From Nitrososphaerota archaeon (GTDB lineage Archaea > Thermoproteota > Nitrososphaeria > Conexivisphaerales > DTJL01): DNA of 20,000 bases. Position numbers and translations under genes: made by a program. The stretch's first letter is position 1; the number at the start of each line of letters is the position of its first letter. The stretch is taken from assembly GCA_021324115.1 (NCBI GenBank), contig JAJPJS010000008.1, positions 2,160 through 22,159 of the forward strand, written 5' to 3'. Under the pieces are notes generated by a model. It was not told where the DNA came from. It was given only the letters and a program-made list of their open reading frames with translations, and ran no database searches. Of this stretch, positions 7,883-17,303 are shown in pieces.

Positions 7883-8128
7883 ATGTCTGAAGAAGAATTC
7901 AGGGCTTCCAGGCATCTGTTTGTGCCCAAGCACGAAATAGTCCCGCCTGACGAAGTGCAAGCCCTTTTGACCAAATACAACGCTTCGTTGGACCAGTTGC
8001 CGTACATCCTGACGACGGACCCGAACGTATCAGAGCTAGGGGCGAAGCCGGGAGATGTCATCAAGATCACAAGGAAGAGCGAGACAGCCGGTGTCACCTA
8101 CTACTACCGGCTAGTTGTGGAGGGGTAA
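7883..8128 (+). CDS. rpoH: DNA-directed RNA polymerase subunit H (Rpb5-like)
   Basis: HLFVPKHEIVPPDEVQALLTKYNASLDQLPYILTTDPNVSELGAKPGDVIKITRKSETAGVTYYYRLVV is the canonical RpoH sequence. Confidence 0.97.
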   Translation: MSEEEFRASRHLFVPKHEIVPPDEVQALLTKYNASLDQLPYILTTDPNVSELGAKPGDVIKITRKSETAGVTYYYRLVVEG

Positions 8129-8136
8129 ATCAGCTT

Positions 8137-11100
8137 ATGACCCAAACGCAACAACAGTTTGTCGATGGCTGGCCAATCTTAGAGGACATATTGAAGAAGG
8201 AAGGGGTCGCACGGCAGCACCTTAATTCATATAACGAATTTTTGGCAAGGGGAATCCAGAGCATAATCGACGAAGTTGGCGAGGTAGACATCGAAACCGC
8301 CACTGGACCGTACAAAATAAAGTTCGGAAGGGTAAATGTTGGAAAGCCAAGAGTAGTAGAGATAGATGGCTCTACAAGTTTTATTCTGCCTGTCGAAGCC
8401 AGGCTCAGGAATCTGTCCTATGTCGCCCCGATTCAGCTCGAGATTACCATACTTGACCCGCAGCTTGGACCAACCGGGCAGTACATCCAGACATACCAGA
8501 TCGGGGACCTGCCGGTCATGGTCAAGTCAAACCTGTGTGCTCTGCACGGACTCTCCGATGAAGAGCTTGTCGAGTCAGGAGAAGACCCCAAGGACCCTGG
8601 AGGGTATTTCATTATCAACGGTTCCGAGCGAGTCATCGTCGGTCTGGAAGACCTTTCCCCCAACAAAATACTTGTCGAAACGGACAAGACCAGCGGAAAG
8701 ATAACCCACAAGGCCAAGATCTATTCTTCAATTGTGGGATACCGGTCGAAGCTGGAAATCGAACTGAAATCCGACGGGGCGCTGTACATCAAACTACCTG
8801 CATCCCCTGTCGACCTCCCATTCGTTACCCTTGTCAGGGCGCTTGGTCTGGCGACAGACAAGGAGATAGCCGATATTGTGTCTGTACGTCCGGATATGCA
8901 GGACATGCTTGAAGCAAGCTTTGATAAGGCCACAGAAGCACCAACTCCAGCCGACGCCCTGATGTATATCGGTAACAGAGTCGCCCATGGGATGATGGAT
9001 GAACTCAGACTGAAGAGGGCGGAAATGCTGCTCGACTGGTATCTCCTTCCCCATCTGGGCAGACAACCGACGAACAGGCTGGATAAGGCCATCTTTCTCG
9101 GCGAGGCAGCAAGCAAGCTCCTTGAGCTCAAACTCGGCCTTATCGAAGAGGATGACAAGGACCATTACGGCAACAAGGCGATAAAATTTGCGGGCCAGAT
9201 GCTGGCCGACCTGTTCCGAACAGCATTCAGAAACATGGTTCGGGACATGAAATATCAGCTGGACAGGATAGGTCAGAAAAGGGGGCCGACCGTGGTAAAC
9301 GCGGCGATTCGCCCTGGAATAATTACAGACAAGCTTGCCAACGCCATAGCAACAGGAAACTGGGGAAGGGGGAAGGTAGGTGTGACCCAGCTCCTGGACA
9401 GAACCAATTACCTTTCCACCGTGAGCCATCTCAGAAGAATACAATCTCCGCTCAGCCGCAGCCAGCCCAACTTCGAAGCAAGGGACCTGCACAGCACCCA
9501 TTTTGGACGAATATGCCCAACCGAGACGCCCGAAGGTTCAAACTGTGGCCTTGTAAAGAATCTGGCTCTTTCTGCGATAATCTCCGTTACCTCTTCCAGC
9601 TACGATGTCGTAAACAAGCCCTTCACACTGGGCGTGGTCAGATATTCCGAGGCTGACCAGGAACTCAAGGCCAAGGGTGGAAAGGTGTTTGTTGACGGAC
9701 GTCTGATAGGCTTCGTCGACGACCCGCAAAGACTGGCGCTAGCAATAAGAAGGCTGAGGCGCAGAGGCGAAATTCCACCCGATGTGAGCGTTTATGTTTA
9801 CGCCCCGGAGAGCAAGAATGCCACCGTGCGGGTTTACATAGCGTCAACCGCGGGACGCGTTCTGCGTCCTCTTATCGTGGTCGAAAATGGAAGGCCGCTT
9901 GTGACACAGGATATGATAGAGAAGGTAAAGAAGGGTGTGATGGGTTGGAGGGACCTTCTTGGTCAGGGCTTCATCGAACTTCTGGACGCAAACGAAGAAG
10001 AAAACTCCCTGATCGCACTCTCCTACAACAATCTTACCCCGAAGACCACACACATAGAGCTTTACCCCCCTGCCATGCTAGGTGTTGCCGCTTCGCTCAT
10101 CCCGTACCCTGAACACAACCAGTCTCCAAGGAACACGTATGAATCTGCGATGGCAAAACAGGCGCTGGGTTTCTCCACGGCGAATTTCTCGACAGCCAAT
10201 TACGTCAGACAGCACCTTGCGGTTTATCCTCAGACTCCTATGGTTAGCACCCGCTCCAATACACTCGTAGGCATGGATGAAAGACCGATGGGTCAGAACG
10301 CGGTTGTAGCCGTGCTGTCCTTCGACGGTTACAACATAGAGGACGCCGTTATACTGAACAAGGCATCGGTGGAGAGAGGATTTGGGCGGACCTACTTCTA
10401 CAGAATTTACGAGGCCGAAGCCCAACAGTACCTGGGCGGAATGAAGGACAAATTCGAAATCCCTTCAGCAGAAGACAACATACGAGGTTTCAGGGGAGAG
10501 AAATACTACAGATTGCTCGAGGAGGACGGGTCAATAGCCTCCGAAAGCATCGTGGGAGGTGGGGACGTACTTGTCGGCAGAACAAGCCCTCCCAGGTTCA
10601 TGGAGGAATACAAAGAGTTCGAAGTGAGAGGCCCCTACAGAAGGGATACTTCCATATCCGTAAGGCCGAGCGAGTCAGGCGTCGTGGATGCAGTATTCAT
10701 GACTCAGAATATAGACGGCAACAAGAGCTACAAGATCAGGGTCAGAGACCAGAGGATACCCGAGCTAGGTGACAAATTTGCCTCAAGACATGGCCAGAAG
10801 GGTGTCGTTGGAATGCTCGTCAATCAGGAGGATATGCCATACACCGAGCAGGGGATCGTGCCTGACGTAATAATTAATCCCCACGCATTCCCCTCGAGAA
10901 TGACGGTTGGACAGTTCCTAGAATCGATCGGAGGGAAAGCAGCCGCCCTGAGGGGCAAGCCGGTTGACGGAACCTCATTCCTTGGTGAGAAGTCCGAGCA
11001 GGTCTACTCAATCCTGGAGAAGTATGGGTTCAGTCACTCGGGCAAAGAAGTGATGTATGATGGAAGGACGGGCAAGCGTTACACTGCCGAGATATTCATC

Positions 11101-11505
11101 GGGGTTGTTTACTATCAGAAACTCCACCACATGGTGGCAGACAAAATTCATGCAAGGGCCAGGGGACAGGTTCAGATGCTCACAAAACAGCCTACGGAGG
11201 GAAGGGCCAGAGGCGGTGGTCTAAGATTCGGTGAAATGGAAAGAGACTGCCTCATAGCCTACGGTGCGGCCATGGTACTGAAGGACAGACTCCTGGAAGA
11301 ATCTGACAAAACCGAAATTCATGTTTGCGAAAAATGCGGCCTTATATCATATTATGACTCAAAGCAGAGAAAGTACATCTGCAGGGTGGATGGCGACTCC
11401 GCGAAGATCTCAACAGTAACCGTGGCCTATGCATTCAAGCTTCTTGTACAGGAGATGATGAGTCTGGTGATAGCTCCAAGGTTGAGGTTAGAGGACAAGG
11501 TGTGA
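8137..11505 (+). CDS. rpoB: DNA-directed RNA polymerase subunit B (unsplit, 1122 aa)
   Basis: GGYFIINGSERVIVGLEDLSPNKI, RRIQSPLSRSQPNFEARDLHSTHFGRICPTETPEGSNCGLVKNLAL, GYNIEDAVILNKASVERG, and GDKFASRHGQKGVVGMLVNQEDMPYTEQGIVPDVIINPHAFPSRMT. No intein. Confidence 0.98.
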   Translation: MTQTQQQFVDGWPILEDILKKEGVARQHLNSYNEFLARGIQSIIDEVGEVDIETATGPYKIKFGRVNVGKPRVVEIDGSTSFILPVEARLRNLSYVAPIQLEITILDPQLGPTGQYIQTYQIGDLPVMVKSNLCALHGLSDEELVESGEDPKDPGGYFIINGSERVIVGLEDLSPNKILVETDKTSGKITHKAKIYSSIVGYRSKLEIELKSDGALYIKLPASPVDLPFVTLVRALGLATDKEIADIVSVRPDMQDMLEASFDKATEAPTPADALMYIGNRVAHGMMDELRLKRAEMLLDWYLLPHLGRQPTNRLDKAIFLGEAASKLLELKLGLIEEDDKDHYGNKAIKFAGQMLADLFRTAFRNMVRDMKYQLDRIGQKRGPTVVNAAIRPGIITDKLANAIATGNWGRGKVGVTQLLDRTNYLSTVSHLRRIQSPLSRSQPNFEARDLHSTHFGRICPTETPEGSNCGLVKNLALSAIISVTSSSYDVVNKPFTLGVVRYSEADQELKAKGGKVFVDGRLIGFVDDPQRLALAIRRLRRRGEIPPDVSVYVYAPESKNATVRVYIASTAGRVLRPLIVVENGRPLVTQDMIEKVKKGVMGWRDLLGQGFIELLDANEEENSLIALSYNNLTPKTTHIELYPPAMLGVAASLIPYPEHNQSPRNTYESAMAKQALGFSTANFSTANYVRQHLAVYPQTPMVSTRSNTLVGMDERPMGQNAVVAVLSFDGYNIEDAVILNKASVERGFGRTYFYRIYEAEAQQYLGGMKDKFEIPSAEDNIRGFRGEKYYRLLEEDGSIASESIVGGGDVLVGRTSPPRFMEEYKEFEVRGPYRRDTSISVRPSESGVVDAVFMTQNIDGNKSYKIRVRDQRIPELGDKFASRHGQKGVVGMLVNQEDMPYTEQGIVPDVIINPHAFPSRMTVGQFLESIGGKAAALRGKPVDGTSFLGEKSEQVYSILEKYGFSHSGKEVMYDGRTGKRYTAEIFIGVVYYQKLHHMVADKIHARARGQVQMLTKQPTEGRARGGGLRFGEMERDCLIAYGAAMVLKDRLLEESDKTEIHVCEKCGLISYYDSKQRKYICRVDGDSAKISTVTVAYAFKLLVQEMMSLVIAPRLRLEDKV

Positions 11506-11515
11506 GTGATAAAAA

Positions 11516-14500
11516 TTGGCAGTAGAAGAAGCCGTTAAGACAGTTGGAAAGATAGGCTTTGATGTGTTCTCCCCGTCGGAGATAAGAAAGTATTCGACGG
11601 TCGAGGTAACAGTTCCTGAGACATACGACGAAGACGGGATGCCTGTGCAGGGTGGGCTTATGGACAACAGGCTGGGTGTGCTCGAACCCGGCCAGAAGTG
11701 CGGCACGTGCGGAAACACCAGCGCAAGGTGTCCAGGTCATTTTGGACACATTGAGCTGGCGGAGCCTGTGATGCATGTTGCATTCGTGGACATCATACAC
11801 GAGCTGCTTGTTACGACCTGCAGGTCATGCGGCAGGGTGCTCATGCCGCAGGATGAGATTAATGTCTACCAGCAAAAGCTTTCCGAGCAGGGATATACGA
11901 ATCCCAACCTTCTTGAGAGGGTGTCAAAGGAGATCATCGCGAAGACCAAGAAGGCAAAGATCTGTCCTCATTGCGGAAAGAGAAAGCTGGAAATCGAATT
12001 TACCAAGCCGCATCTTTTCCATGAAATCAACGAAGAGGGAGGAGCGATCAGGCTTCTGCCGGCGGCGATCAGAGAAAGGCTTGAGCGGGTAATAGATTCT
12101 GACCTCAGGCTCCTAGGGTACGACCCGCAGGGCGCCAGGCCTGAATGGCTCATCCTGCAGGTTCTGCCTGTTCCACCGGTTTCTGTAAGGCCTTCAATCA
12201 CCCTCGAGACTGGTATCCGTTCTGAAGACGACCTTACACACAAACTCGTGGACATACTGAGAGTTAACCAGAGGGTGAGAGAAAGCAAGGATTCCGGTAC
12301 CCCACCCCTCATCGTTCAGGACCTTGTGGACCTTCTCCAGTACCATGTGACCACTTACTTCGACAACGAAGTCTCGGGTATACCCCAGGCGCACCACAGG
12401 TCAGGCAGACCATTGAAGACCCTTAGTCAGCGGTTGAAGGGAAAGGAAGGGAGGTTCAGAGGAAGTCTATCCGGAAAGAGGGTGGATTTCTCCAGCAGAA
12501 CCGTCATTTCACCAGACCCAAGCCTTGACATTTCGGAGGTCGGGGTTCCGTATGATGTGGCAATGAAGCTAACCGTCCCCGAAAGGGTGACACCATGGAA
12601 CATCGATTTCCTGAAGAAGCTCGTCATAAACGGTCCAGGCATCCACCCTGGCGTTAATTACGTTGTAAGGCCGGACGGTGTTAAGATCAGGCTGGAATTC
12701 GCTTCGGACAGAGAATCCATAAGCCAGGCTCTTGCTCCCGGCTACATCGTCGAACGTCATCTCGTGGATGGCGATATCGTACTCTTCAACAGGCAGCCAA
12801 GCCTTCACAGGATGTCTATAATGGCACACTACGTCAAGGTCCTGCCCTACAGGACTTTCCGTCTGCACCCAGCCGTGTGTCCACCCTACAATGCCGATTT
12901 CGATGGCGACGAAATGAACCTACACGTACCTCAGAGCGAGGAGGCTAGGTCAGAAGCAATGATGTTGATGAGGGTGCAGGACCAGATAATCTCGCCCAGG
13001 TATGGCGGCCCCATCATCGGCGCAATCAGAGACTTCCTTACTGCAGCATTTCTGCTCACGAAGGTGGAGACAAAAATAGGCAAGGAATCGTTTGCCAACC
13101 TGGCATACGCAGCCGGATACGTGGGTGAACTTCCCGAGCCCGAGTTCAAGGACTCATACTCCGGCAGGCAGCTGTTTAGTCTGTTCCTGCCCAAGGATTT
13201 CAACTACAGACTGACGTCAAAATGGTCAAAAGCGAAGGGAGTGAAGAGTGACAAGGATGACGTCCTCGTCAAGGGAGGCGAGCTGCTTTCAGGCGTCATC
13301 GACAAGGCCTCGATCGGAGCCGAGGAGCCGGACACGATACTTCACAGAGTGGCAAAGGATTACGGAACCGACGTGGCCAGGAGTTTCCTGAACTCAATAC
13401 TGAGGTTGCTGCGTGCGTACGTAAGCTCTGTCGGCTTTTCGTACGGCTTCGATGACCTGGAGCTGACCGAAGCGGGACGCAAGGAGATCGACGAGATCAT
13501 AAGAAAGGCTTACACAAACGTTGAGGACCTGTTCAAGAAATACGAAAAGGGGGAACTAGATGTCATGAAGGGGCTGAGGCCTGAGCAGGTTCTTGAGCAG
13601 AGAATCATGACGGAGCTGAGTCATGCGAGGGAGTTTTCCGGCAGGGTGGTTGAAAGAAGCCTCCCAGACACCAACTCCGGCATAATCATGGCGAAGACAG
13701 GTGCAAGGGGTTCTTCCTTGAACCTGGGGCAGATGATGGCCTCGGTGGGCCAGCAGTCTGTCAGGGGCAAGAGGATCAACAGGGGATACTACCACAGGGC
13801 TCTTCCTCACTTTCCACAGAAGGACAGGAACCCAGATGCCTATGGCTTCGTCAAATCCAACTACAGGGATGGCCTGAACCCTATAGAATTCTTCTTCCAT
13901 GCCATGGGTGGAAGGGAAGGGCTGGTCGATACCGCAGTTCGAACCCAGCAGTCAGGTTACATGCAGAGGAGGCTGGTAAATGCGATGGAACATCTCAGGG
14001 TCGAATATGACCTAACTGTGAGGGACCCTCAGGGAGCAATCATTCAATTCCTCTATGGTGAAGATGGTGTGGACCCATCCAAGAGTGACCATGGCAAGGC
14101 GGTCAACGTGGAGAGGCTGGCAGATTCAGCAGCCCTTCTGGACGACCCGAAGGCACCGAGAGTAACCGCCAAGGATGTCGATACTCTGTTCAACGAATTT
14201 CAGGCCAGACTGAACCCGAAACTGATCGAAGAGCTGAGAGAGGTTCTTGTCGTAGACTCGAAGTCTGGCAAGGAGCCTCTCAGTAAGAGGGCTGCAAGGT
14301 CGGTCGTGGAGAAGGCAACGGAGCTTTATCACGCATCCTTCGTGGAACCGGGTGAAGCAATGGGGGTGGTGGGCGCTCAGTCCATAGGCGAACCGGGCAC
14401 CCAGATGACCCTCAGGACCTTCCACTTCGCAGGCGTGAAAGAAAGAGATGTCACGCTGGGACTTCCAAGGTTAATAGAGCTTGTTGATGCACGGAAACAG

Positions 14501-15328
14501 CCCAGCACACCTACGATGGACATATACCTGGATGAAAACCACAGAACAACAAGGGCTGGAGCGCTCGAGGTGGCAAAGGAGGTTCTCTTCACAAAGGTGT
14601 ATGACCTGGTTCAGCAGGTGAAGAGAGACTACGCCAACAACTCTGTCGTGCTCGTCTTCGACCCGGCAAAGCTGGAAGAGAGAGGTGCCACCGTCGATGA
14701 CGTGGCTGCCGTAATAAGGGCCCCCAAGGGGAAGGTGATACCCGATGCGAAGAGTAACACGGTCACCGTAATGATGGAGAATCTTGATGATGCTGCTGTT
14801 GTATCAGCAAGAGAAAAATTCCTGAACACCAGAGTCAAGGGGATACCGGGGATAACCAGCGTTTCCGTCATAACCAAGGAGGGCGAATGGATGATTCAGA
14901 CTGCTGGTTCCAACCTTCAGAAGGTACTGAAGGTCAACGGAGTGGACCAGACAAGGACAACTACAAACAACATATATGAAGTCAACATGGCACTCGGTGT
15001 TGAGGCGGCCAGAACCGCCCTGGTCCGTGAGATAATCTCCACCCTCGAGGAGCAGGGTCTGGAGGTGGACATCAGACACATCCTGCTTGTAGCAGACCTC
15101 ATGACAAGCAAGGGCTTCATGCAGCAGATAGGCAGACACGGAATAGCAGGGTCAAAGACAAGTGTGCTGGCAAGGGCCGCATTCGAAATCACGGTCCCCA
15201 CGCTTGCAGAGGCAGCGGCTACAGGAGAGGTCGAAGAGCTCAAGGGTGTGACTGAAAACGTCATAGTGGGATCGACCATACCGGTCGGTACCGGCATGGT
15301 GGACATATACATGAAGGGAGGCAGTTAG
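11516..15328 (+). CDS. rpoA: DNA-directed RNA polymerase subunit A, fused A'+A'' (1270 aa), TTG start
   Basis: Zinc motifs CGTCGNTSARCPGHFGH and the catalytic motif NADFDGDEMNLHVPQ, continuing in one frame into the A'' part: GEAMGVVGAQSIGEPGTQMTLRTFHFAG...ITVPTLAEAAATGEVEELKGVTENVIVGSTIPVGTG. No intein or split. Confidence 0.97.
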   Translation: MAVEEAVKTVGKIGFDVFSPSEIRKYSTVEVTVPETYDEDGMPVQGGLMDNRLGVLEPGQKCGTCGNTSARCPGHFGHIELAEPVMHVAFVDIIHELLVTTCRSCGRVLMPQDEINVYQQKLSEQGYTNPNLLERVSKEIIAKTKKAKICPHCGKRKLEIEFTKPHLFHEINEEGGAIRLLPAAIRERLERVIDSDLRLLGYDPQGARPEWLILQVLPVPPVSVRPSITLETGIRSEDDLTHKLVDILRVNQRVRESKDSGTPPLIVQDLVDLLQYHVTTYFDNEVSGIPQAHHRSGRPLKTLSQRLKGKEGRFRGSLSGKRVDFSSRTVISPDPSLDISEVGVPYDVAMKLTVPERVTPWNIDFLKKLVINGPGIHPGVNYVVRPDGVKIRLEFASDRESISQALAPGYIVERHLVDGDIVLFNRQPSLHRMSIMAHYVKVLPYRTFRLHPAVCPPYNADFDGDEMNLHVPQSEEARSEAMMLMRVQDQIISPRYGGPIIGAIRDFLTAAFLLTKVETKIGKESFANLAYAAGYVGELPEPEFKDSYSGRQLFSLFLPKDFNYRLTSKWSKAKGVKSDKDDVLVKGGELLSGVIDKASIGAEEPDTILHRVAKDYGTDVARSFLNSILRLLRAYVSSVGFSYGFDDLELTEAGRKEIDEIIRKAYTNVEDLFKKYEKGELDVMKGLRPEQVLEQRIMTELSHAREFSGRVVERSLPDTNSGIIMAKTGARGSSLNLGQMMASVGQQSVRGKRINRGYYHRALPHFPQKDRNPDAYGFVKSNYRDGLNPIEFFFHAMGGREGLVDTAVRTQQSGYMQRRLVNAMEHLRVEYDLTVRDPQGAIIQFLYGEDGVDPSKSDHGKAVNVERLADSAALLDDPKAPRVTAKDVDTLFNEFQARLNPKLIEELREVLVVDSKSGKEPLSKRAARSVVEKATELYHASFVEPGEAMGVVGAQSIGEPGTQMTLRTFHFAGVKERDVTLGLPRLIELVDARKQPSTPTMDIYLDENHRTTRAGALEVAKEVLFTKVYDLVQQVKRDYANNSVVLVFDPAKLEERGATVDDVAAVIRAPKGKVIPDAKSNTVTVMMENLDDAAVVSAREKFLNTRVKGIPGITSVSVITKEGEWMIQTAGSNLQKVLKVNGVDQTRTTTNNIYEVNMALGVEAARTALVREIISTLEEQGLEVDIRHILLVADLMTSKGFMQQIGRHGIAGSKTSVLARAAFEITVPTLAEAAATGEVEELKGVTENVIVGSTIPVGTGMVDIYMKGGS

Positions 15329-15331
15329 TCC

Positions 15332-15664
15332 ATGGAAACAAGGCTCATCGAGCCGTTTCTCAAGTCGGCAGCGAAAACGGGGCGGGTTACCTTCGGTATG
15401 AAGGAAACTCTGAAAGCGCTCAAGGGCTCGAAGGTTGTAGTCCTCAGCACTTCGGCCACAAAGAATGAACGTGACCTGATCCGAACCTCTTGCAAGTCGG
15501 TTAATGTCCCCCTTGTATCATTCGATGATACGTCCGTCGTCCTGGGTCGACTGGCCGGCGTCGGACATCCGGTGAAGGTTCTTGCCGTAAGGTCTGCGGG
15601 GGATGCCGATGTGGATAAGCTGCTGCGGATGGCGAACCAAGAGAGTGTTGCCCAAAAGATTTAA
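15332..15664 (+). CDS. rpl30e: ribosomal protein L30e
   Basis: Conserved position between rpoA and the nusA-like gene. L7Ae/L30e-like fold sequence: TGRVTFGMKETLKALKGSKVVVLSTSATKNERDLIRTSCKSVNVPLVSFDDTSVVLGRLAGVGHPVKVLAV. Confidence 0.93.
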   Translation: METRLIEPFLKSAAKTGRVTFGMKETLKALKGSKVVVLSTSATKNERDLIRTSCKSVNVPLVSFDDTSVVLGRLAGVGHPVKVLAVRSAGDADVDKLLRMANQESVAQKI

Positions 15665-15682
15665 AGCAGTGCCAAAGACGGT

Positions 15683-16156
15683 GTGATTGCTCAAAGCCAG
15701 GGACTCGAAGTTTTGCCCAACGAAATCAAACTTACGCAAGAAGAACTTGGATTGATGTCCATTTTCCAGAATGTGACCAGTGTGAGCCCCCGCGACTGCA
15801 TAATTGACCCCCAGGCGAGCAGAATAGTGTTCGTGGTGGATAAAGGTCAGATGGGCCTCGCGATTGGAAGGAACGGTCAAACCATCAAGAACCTTGAGAG
15901 AACGATCTCCCGTCCTGTTGAGTTGGTGGAATGGTCTGACGACCCGGCCGAATTCATTGCGAACGCGTTGGGCGGCAGGAACATCATAGATGTGAAGATC
16001 AATACCAAGGCCGATGGCGAAAAGGTGGCCGTCGTCCAGACCTCTATGAGGAACAAGGGGGCTGTACTCGGGAAGGGAGGAAGGAACGCCGAAAGGGCGA
16101 GGATGCTCGCTGAGAGATACTTCGGCATAAGTCATATTCATATTGTATCACAGTGA
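15683..16156 (+). CDS. nusA: NusA-like transcription termination/elongation protein (two KH domains), GTG start
   Basis: KLTQEELGLMSIFQNVTSVSPRDCIID...IVFVVDKGQMGLAIGRNGQTIKNLE...GAVLGKGGRNAERARMLAERYFGISHIHIV contains KH-type GRNG and GKGG loops. Conserved synteny with rps12. Confidence 0.93.
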   Translation: MIAQSQGLEVLPNEIKLTQEELGLMSIFQNVTSVSPRDCIIDPQASRIVFVVDKGQMGLAIGRNGQTIKNLERTISRPVELVEWSDDPAEFIANALGGRNIIDVKINTKADGEKVAVVQTSMRNKGAVLGKGGRNAERARMLAERYFGISHIHIVSQ

Positions 16157-16201
16157 TGAAGTATTGTGTAACGGTTATATGATACAGAAATCAGGTGGCT
16201 G

Positions 16202-16651
16202 GTGACCGACTTGGCACACAAATCCCCCAGGGGAGAATTCGCTGCACGCAAGCTAGGACTGAAAAGGCAGCGTTTCAGATGGTCCGACAAGTACTACAAG
16301 AGACGTGTTCTGGCACTCGATGAAAAGGCAGACCCGCTGAAGGGCTCCCCACAGGCCAAGGGAATCGTGCTGGAAAAGGTGGGTGTTGAATCAAAGCAGC
16401 CCAACTCTGCCATCCGTAAATGCGTAAGACTCCAGCTCGTAAAGAATGGTAAGCAGATCACAGCATTCTTACCTGGAGACGGAGCGCTGAATTATGTGGA
16501 TGAGCACGATGAAGTGATCGTGGAAGGGATAGGAGGCTCTCAGGGAAGGGCGATGGGGGACATTCCAGGCGTCAGATGGCAGGTATCGATGGTGAATGGT
16601 GTCTCACTGAACATGCTGGTGCTGGGTAAGAAGGAGAAACCCAAGAGGTAA
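16202..16651 (+). CDS. rps12: ribosomal protein S12 (uS12), GTG start
   Basis: Conserved S12 sequence: [69 protein letters not shown]. Confidence 0.98.
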   Translation: MTDLAHKSPRGEFAARKLGLKRQRFRWSDKYYKRRVLALDEKADPLKGSPQAKGIVLEKVGVESKQPNSAIRKCVRLQLVKNGKQITAFLPGDGALNYVDEHDEVIVEGIGGSQGRAMGDIPGVRWQVSMVNGVSLNMLVLGKKEKPKR

Positions 16652-16674
16652 TTGCAAGGTTGGTGGTGGAGTAG

Positions 16675-17268
16675 TTGCCCTCAAATATTCTCATGTTCAA
16701 TAAATGGGATCTGAGCGAGGTGGAGGTAACGGATGTCGGGCTGAAGAACGTCATAAGCCTGAAACCAATGGTGGTTCCTCATACCTTCGGACGTCATGAA
16801 CATTCCAAGTTCGGCAAATCCCAAGTGAATATAGTTGAAAGGCTGGCAAACAGTCTAATGCATTTCGGTAAAAAATACGCCAAGAATACCGGCAGGATGG
16901 GCGGCAAAAAGCAAAAGACGATAAACGTGGTTAAAACCGCCCTTGACATAATGTACCTGAAGACCGGGCAGAACCCGGTCCAGCTTCTTGTCAAAGCTGT
17001 TGAGAATGCTGCGCCGAATGAAGATACTACAAGAATCAGTTATGGTGGGGTTGTGTACCATGTTTCTGTCGATGTATCTCCCCAGAGGAGGGTGGACCTT
17101 GCATTCAGGTTCATTTCCGAGGGCGTAAGGGAAGCGGCCTTTTCCACCCCCAAGGGGATAGAAGAAGTACTGGCCGACGAGCTTATCGCGGCGGCTAACA
17201 ACGACTCTGCAAGCTTCGCCATCAAGAAGAAAACCGAGCAGGAACGTGTAGCTCTGTCGTCCAGGTAG
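16675..17268 (+). CDS. rps7: ribosomal protein S7 (uS7); TTG start at 16675, or ATG at 16693
   Basis: NIVERLANSLMHFGKKYAKNTGRMGGKKQKTINVVKTALDIMYLKTGQNPVQLLVKAVENAAPNEDTTRISYGGVVYHVSVDVSPQRRVDLAFRFISEGVREAAF. Confidence 0.97.
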   Translation: MPSNILMFNKWDLSEVEVTDVGLKNVISLKPMVVPHTFGRHEHSKFGKSQVNIVERLANSLMHFGKKYAKNTGRMGGKKQKTINVVKTALDIMYLKTGQNPVQLLVKAVENAAPNEDTTRISYGGVVYHVSVDVSPQRRVDLAFRFISEGVREAAFSTPKGIEEVLADELIAAANNDSASFAIKKKTEQERVALSSR

Positions 17269-17303
17269 ACGCGAATTAACCCTTTGACGAACCTACCTTC
17301 CTA

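Noticed and set aside
8794-9501. Long antisense ORF (235 aa) inside rpoB
   Set aside because: It is the mirror of a highly constrained, well-supported coding frame, and its translation has no protein-family features.
11435-15312. Multiple antisense and alternate-frame ORFs inside rpoA
   Set aside because: All lie within the strongly supported RpoA frame. They are expected by chance at this base composition.
8137-15328. Possible inteins in rpoB or rpoA
   Set aside because: The protein lengths (1122 and 1270 aa) and uninterrupted motifs match intein-free subunits.
15518-16141. 207-aa antisense ORF opposite rpl30e/nusA
   Set aside because: It spans two clear conserved genes and the promoterless junction. 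No recognisable domain.
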